NCBI GenBank assembly: GCA_963773065.1
Contig: CAVYZN010000031.1
Location: forward strand, 17,307-81,306
Origin: an uncultured Gammaproteobacteria bacterium
Lineage (GTDB): Bacteria > Pseudomonadota > Gammaproteobacteria > UBA9214
DNA length: 64,000 nucleotides
Reading direction: 5' to 3'
Positions within the stretch are counted from its first letter, which is position 1. Every line of letters begins with the position of its first letter. Shown here one piece after another: positions 61,445 to 64,000 of this stretch. The notes beneath the pieces were generated by a model that was not told the DNA's origin, searched no databases, and saw only the letters and a list, made by a program, of their open reading frames with translations. Position numbers and translations under genes: made by a program.

Positions 61445-62059
61445 TCATGTAGCAGCGGGGGAAAAACCCAGCCACTGGTCCAGCATTGCGCGTGCTTCTT
61501 CGGCGCCTGCCGGTGTGTGGGCGGAAAAGAGTTGCACAGTTGCGTGCGAATGCAGGTCTGGTAGTTCCCTGCGGACCTGAATTTGAACCGCCTTGGCGGG
61601 GCCACGCTTGAGCTTATCAGCTTTGGTGAGCAATATGTGGGTGGGCAGGCCGGCGGCAAAGCACCAAGCAAGCACCTGCCGGTCGAAGTCCTTCAGCGGG
61701 TGGCGGATATCCATCAGCAGGATCACGCCTTTGAGTGAACGCCGAGTTTCCAGGTAACGAGCGATAGCTCGATGCCAGCGGACTTTCACATCCTTGGACA
61801 CCTTTGCATATCCATAGCCAGGCAGATCGACCAATCGGCGATCATCATCCACGGTAAAAAAATTGATCAGTTGTGTGCGCCCCGGTGTTTTGCTGGTGCG
61901 AGCCAGAGACTTCTGGTCGGTGATGACATTCAGCGCGCTAGACTTGCCTGCGTTGGAGCGACCGGCAATGGCCACCTCCATACCCACATCGGGCGGTGCG
62001 TGTCCGGAGTGCGGGGCGGCGAGTTGAAAGCAGGTGTGCCGATAGTGGTTTTTCATCAT
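61445..62059 (-). CDS. yihA: Ribosome biogenesis GTPase YihA/EngB
   Basis: GRSNAGKSS, SKTPGRTQ, DLPGYG, TKADK. Confidence 0.95.
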   Translation of the reverse strand: MMKNHYRHTCFQLAAPHSGHAPPDVGMEVAIAGRSNAGKSSALNVITDQKSLARTSKTPGRTQLINFFTVDDDRRLVDLPGYGYAKVSKDVKVRWHRAIARYLETRRSLKGVILLMDIRHPLKDFDRQVLAWCFAAGLPTHILLTKADKLKRGPAKAVQIQVRRELPDLHSHATVQLFSAHTPAGAEEARAMLDQWLGFSPAAT

Positions 62060-62295
62060 GAGGCAATGACCAGGTCTGGGATGCTTATATTCAAGGAATA
62101 TCTGAATAATAATACTAACCACCAAGGTGCATACCGATGCAGGATACGGTCCGTCGTAGTTGACCACCTGGCCTTTGACTGGTATACAAGGTTCCCTTTT
62201 TTATCGGCAAGATGGCGGATGATGCGCCCGTCACGGCCCGGAACGTTCAACCGGCCATGAGCCGGCCTTGAAGCGGAGACAGGAGTAGGTCTGCC

Positions 62296-62907
62296 ATGAA
62301 GAACTGGGTTGTTTTAACAATTGGATTAGTATCAACATTTCTGTACAACGCCTGCTATGCCGTGGGCGATGCCGAAGCCGGCAAGGCGAAATCAGCCAGT
62401 TGTGCCGCCTGTCATGGAGCTGACGGCAACAGCGTCAATCCCGAGTGGCCTAAGCTGGCCGGTCAGCACGAAAGCTATCTCGTCAAACAGCTGACTTACT
62501 TCAAGGACGGTGAACGGGTTAACGAGACGATGAAAGGTATGGCCTCGAATCTGAGCGAGCAGGATCGTGAAGATCTGGCGGCTTATTTTTCCAGCCAAAA
62601 GGCCACGATCGGTGCCGCCGATCCGACGCTGGTGGAATTTGGCCAGAAGATCTACCGCAGCGGCAATTCCTCCAGTGGCGTGGCACCCTGTATGGGCTGC
62701 CACGGCCCGAACGGTGCTGGTAATCCCGCCGCCAACTACCCGGCATTGCGGGGACAGAATGCCCAGTATATCGAGAACCAGTTGCGCGGCTTCGCCAGCG
62801 GGCAGCGTCACAATGAAAATGCTAAGAAGATGATGCAGATCTTGGCATCGAGAATGACGGAGCGCGAAATCCGCGCCGTCGCTTCCTATATCCAGGGGCT
62901 GCACTGA
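62296..62907 (+). CDS. Dihaem cytochrome c4
   Basis: Signal peptide, CAACH and CMGCH, PKLAGQ. Confidence 0.93.
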   Translation: MKNWVVLTIGLVSTFLYNACYAVGDAEAGKAKSASCAACHGADGNSVNPEWPKLAGQHESYLVKQLTYFKDGERVNETMKGMASNLSEQDREDLAAYFSSQKATIGAADPTLVEFGQKIYRSGNSSSGVAPCMGCHGPNGAGNPAANYPALRGQNAQYIENQLRGFASGQRHNENAKKMMQILASRMTEREIRAVASYIQGLH

Positions 62908-63097
62908 ACAGTTAACTATTCTGAGCCGCTCAGTGTGATGCGCGGTTCTTTCTAACTGCCGGCGTAGGTGAACGTGCCGAGGCTAAAGCAATTGTTACCC
63001 AGTTTGCCTGTCGGCGCGTTACTATATTTTTTGTCAGGGTTGCATTCCTGAGAGAATCCGAGTTAGACCAGCAGAAACCATCATTCCGGAGTTGCCA

Positions 63098-63790
63098 ATG
63101 AAGATCATAACTAAATGGCTGTCTGCCTTATCTCTGACGTTCGCCCTGTCTGTTGCCTGGGCCGCGGCCGATTTCGTTGAAGGCACTCAATATATGCGAC
63201 TGTCGACACCGCAGCCGACATCCGTTCCCGGCAAGATCGAAGTAGTGGAGCTGTTCTCGTATGCTTGTCCGCATTGTTTCTATCTTGAACCGTACGTCAG
63301 CAAATGGCTGGCATCGAAGCCCGACGATGTGGTGTTCGTGCGTCTGCCCGTGGTTTTTAGACCACCGTGGGAACTGCTGGCGAAGGCCTATTTCACCGCC
63401 GAGTTGCTCGGGGTAGTGGACAAGACGCATGCGGCACTGTTCGATGCTATTCATGTAAAAAACCAGAAATTCGAGGATGAGGCGGCGTTTCAGGCCTTTT
63501 TCGCCAGCCAGGGTGTGCCCGTGGATGATTTCAGGAATACCTTCAATTCCTTTGCCGTCGCCGTGAAGGTGAACAATGCGAAACTCATGTCCCGGCGTTA
63601 TGCCATCACCGGCGTCCCGACATTCATAGTGAACGGCAAGTTCAGTACCAGCGCCTCCCTGGCGGGCAGCAACGAAAAAACGCTCAACGAAAAAGAGCTC
63701 AACGAAAAAACACTCAAGGTGATCGATTATCTGATAGAGCAGGAACGCGCAGCAGTCAAGCCGGCCTCGAACGCCACGAAATCGCACTGA
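63098..63790 (+). CDS. dsbA: Thiol:disulfide oxidoreductase
   Basis: CPHC and cis-Pro GVP. Follows cytochrome c4. Confidence 0.93.
   Translation: MKIITKWLSALSLTFALSVAWAAADFVEGTQYMRLSTPQPTSVPGKIEVVELFSYACPHCFYLEPYVSKWLASKPDDVVFVRLPVVFRPPWELLAKAYFTAELLGVVDKTHAALFDAIHVKNQKFEDEAAFQAFFASQGVPVDDFRNTFNSFAVAVKVNNAKLMSRRYAITGVPTFIVNGKFSTSASLAGSNEKTLNEKELNEKTLKVIDYLIEQERAAVKPASNATKSH
63671..63715 (+). repeat. Three 15-bp in-frame tandem repeats in dsbA
   Basis: AACGAAAAAACGCTC AACGAAAAAGAGCTC AACGAAAAAACACTC. Confidence 0.9.
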
Positions 63791-63849
63791 GCTGGATCGC
63801 CTGACACGCCCTTCTTTGCCGCCGGAAGTATCCAGCATCCCGCATCACC

Positions 63850-64000
63850 ATGAAGGCCGCTGAACTGTTCGTTCGCTGCCTTGAAAACGAAGGTGTTGAA
63901 TACATATTCGGCATACCCGGCGAGGAAAACCTGGATGTGATGGATGCCTTGCTGGATACATCCATCCGCTTTATCACCACCCGCCATGAACAGGGTGCCG
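63850..64000 (+). CDS. Acetolactate synthase large subunit (TPP enzyme), runs off the window
   Basis: MKAAELFVRCLENEGVEYIFGIPGEENL..RHEQGA. Confidence 0.88.
   Translation, partial: MKAAELFVRCLENEGVEYIFGIPGEENLDVMDALLDTSIRFITTRHEQGA

Overview
Replication-origin region of a GC-rich gammaproteobacterial chromosome. Gene order and content resemble Chromatiales/Thiogranum-like sulfur oxidisers, but that taxonomy is inference. The core genes, in window order, are envC, arsR-rhodanese-secB-gpsA, trmL, pyrD, ntrC/ntrB/glnA, glyQS, gmhB-plsC, gyrB-recF-dnaN-dnaA, rpmH-rnpA-yidD-yidC-mnmE, mnmG-rsmG-parAB, the atp operon, glmUS, uvrD, polA, yihA, cytochrome c4, dsbA and the start of an acetolactate synthase. 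oriC probably lies between dnaA and dnaN, and two parS sites sit inside recF. No rRNA, tRNA, CRISPR array, prophage or intact transposase is visible. Beyond the ORF track, I see six things. (1) Several 'intergenic' gaps are decayed genes: gpmI, a tRNA-modification/tusA/CDF operon, a metallophosphoesterase and probably a LOG-family gene. (2) Eight separate +1 frameshifts occur in housekeeping genes and look like sequencing errors. (3) A candidate four-hairpin sRNA with a sigmaE-like promoter lies between polA and yihA. (4) Two tandem membrane-anchored Cys4/Arg-repeat paralogs and a small Cys4 protein follow glmS; they may form a c-di-GMP effector module. (5) A PagL homolog lacks its catalytic residues. 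(6) A low-GC tract covers gyrB-recF-dnaN. Protein-family calls rest on remembered motifs and synteny, not on database searches.
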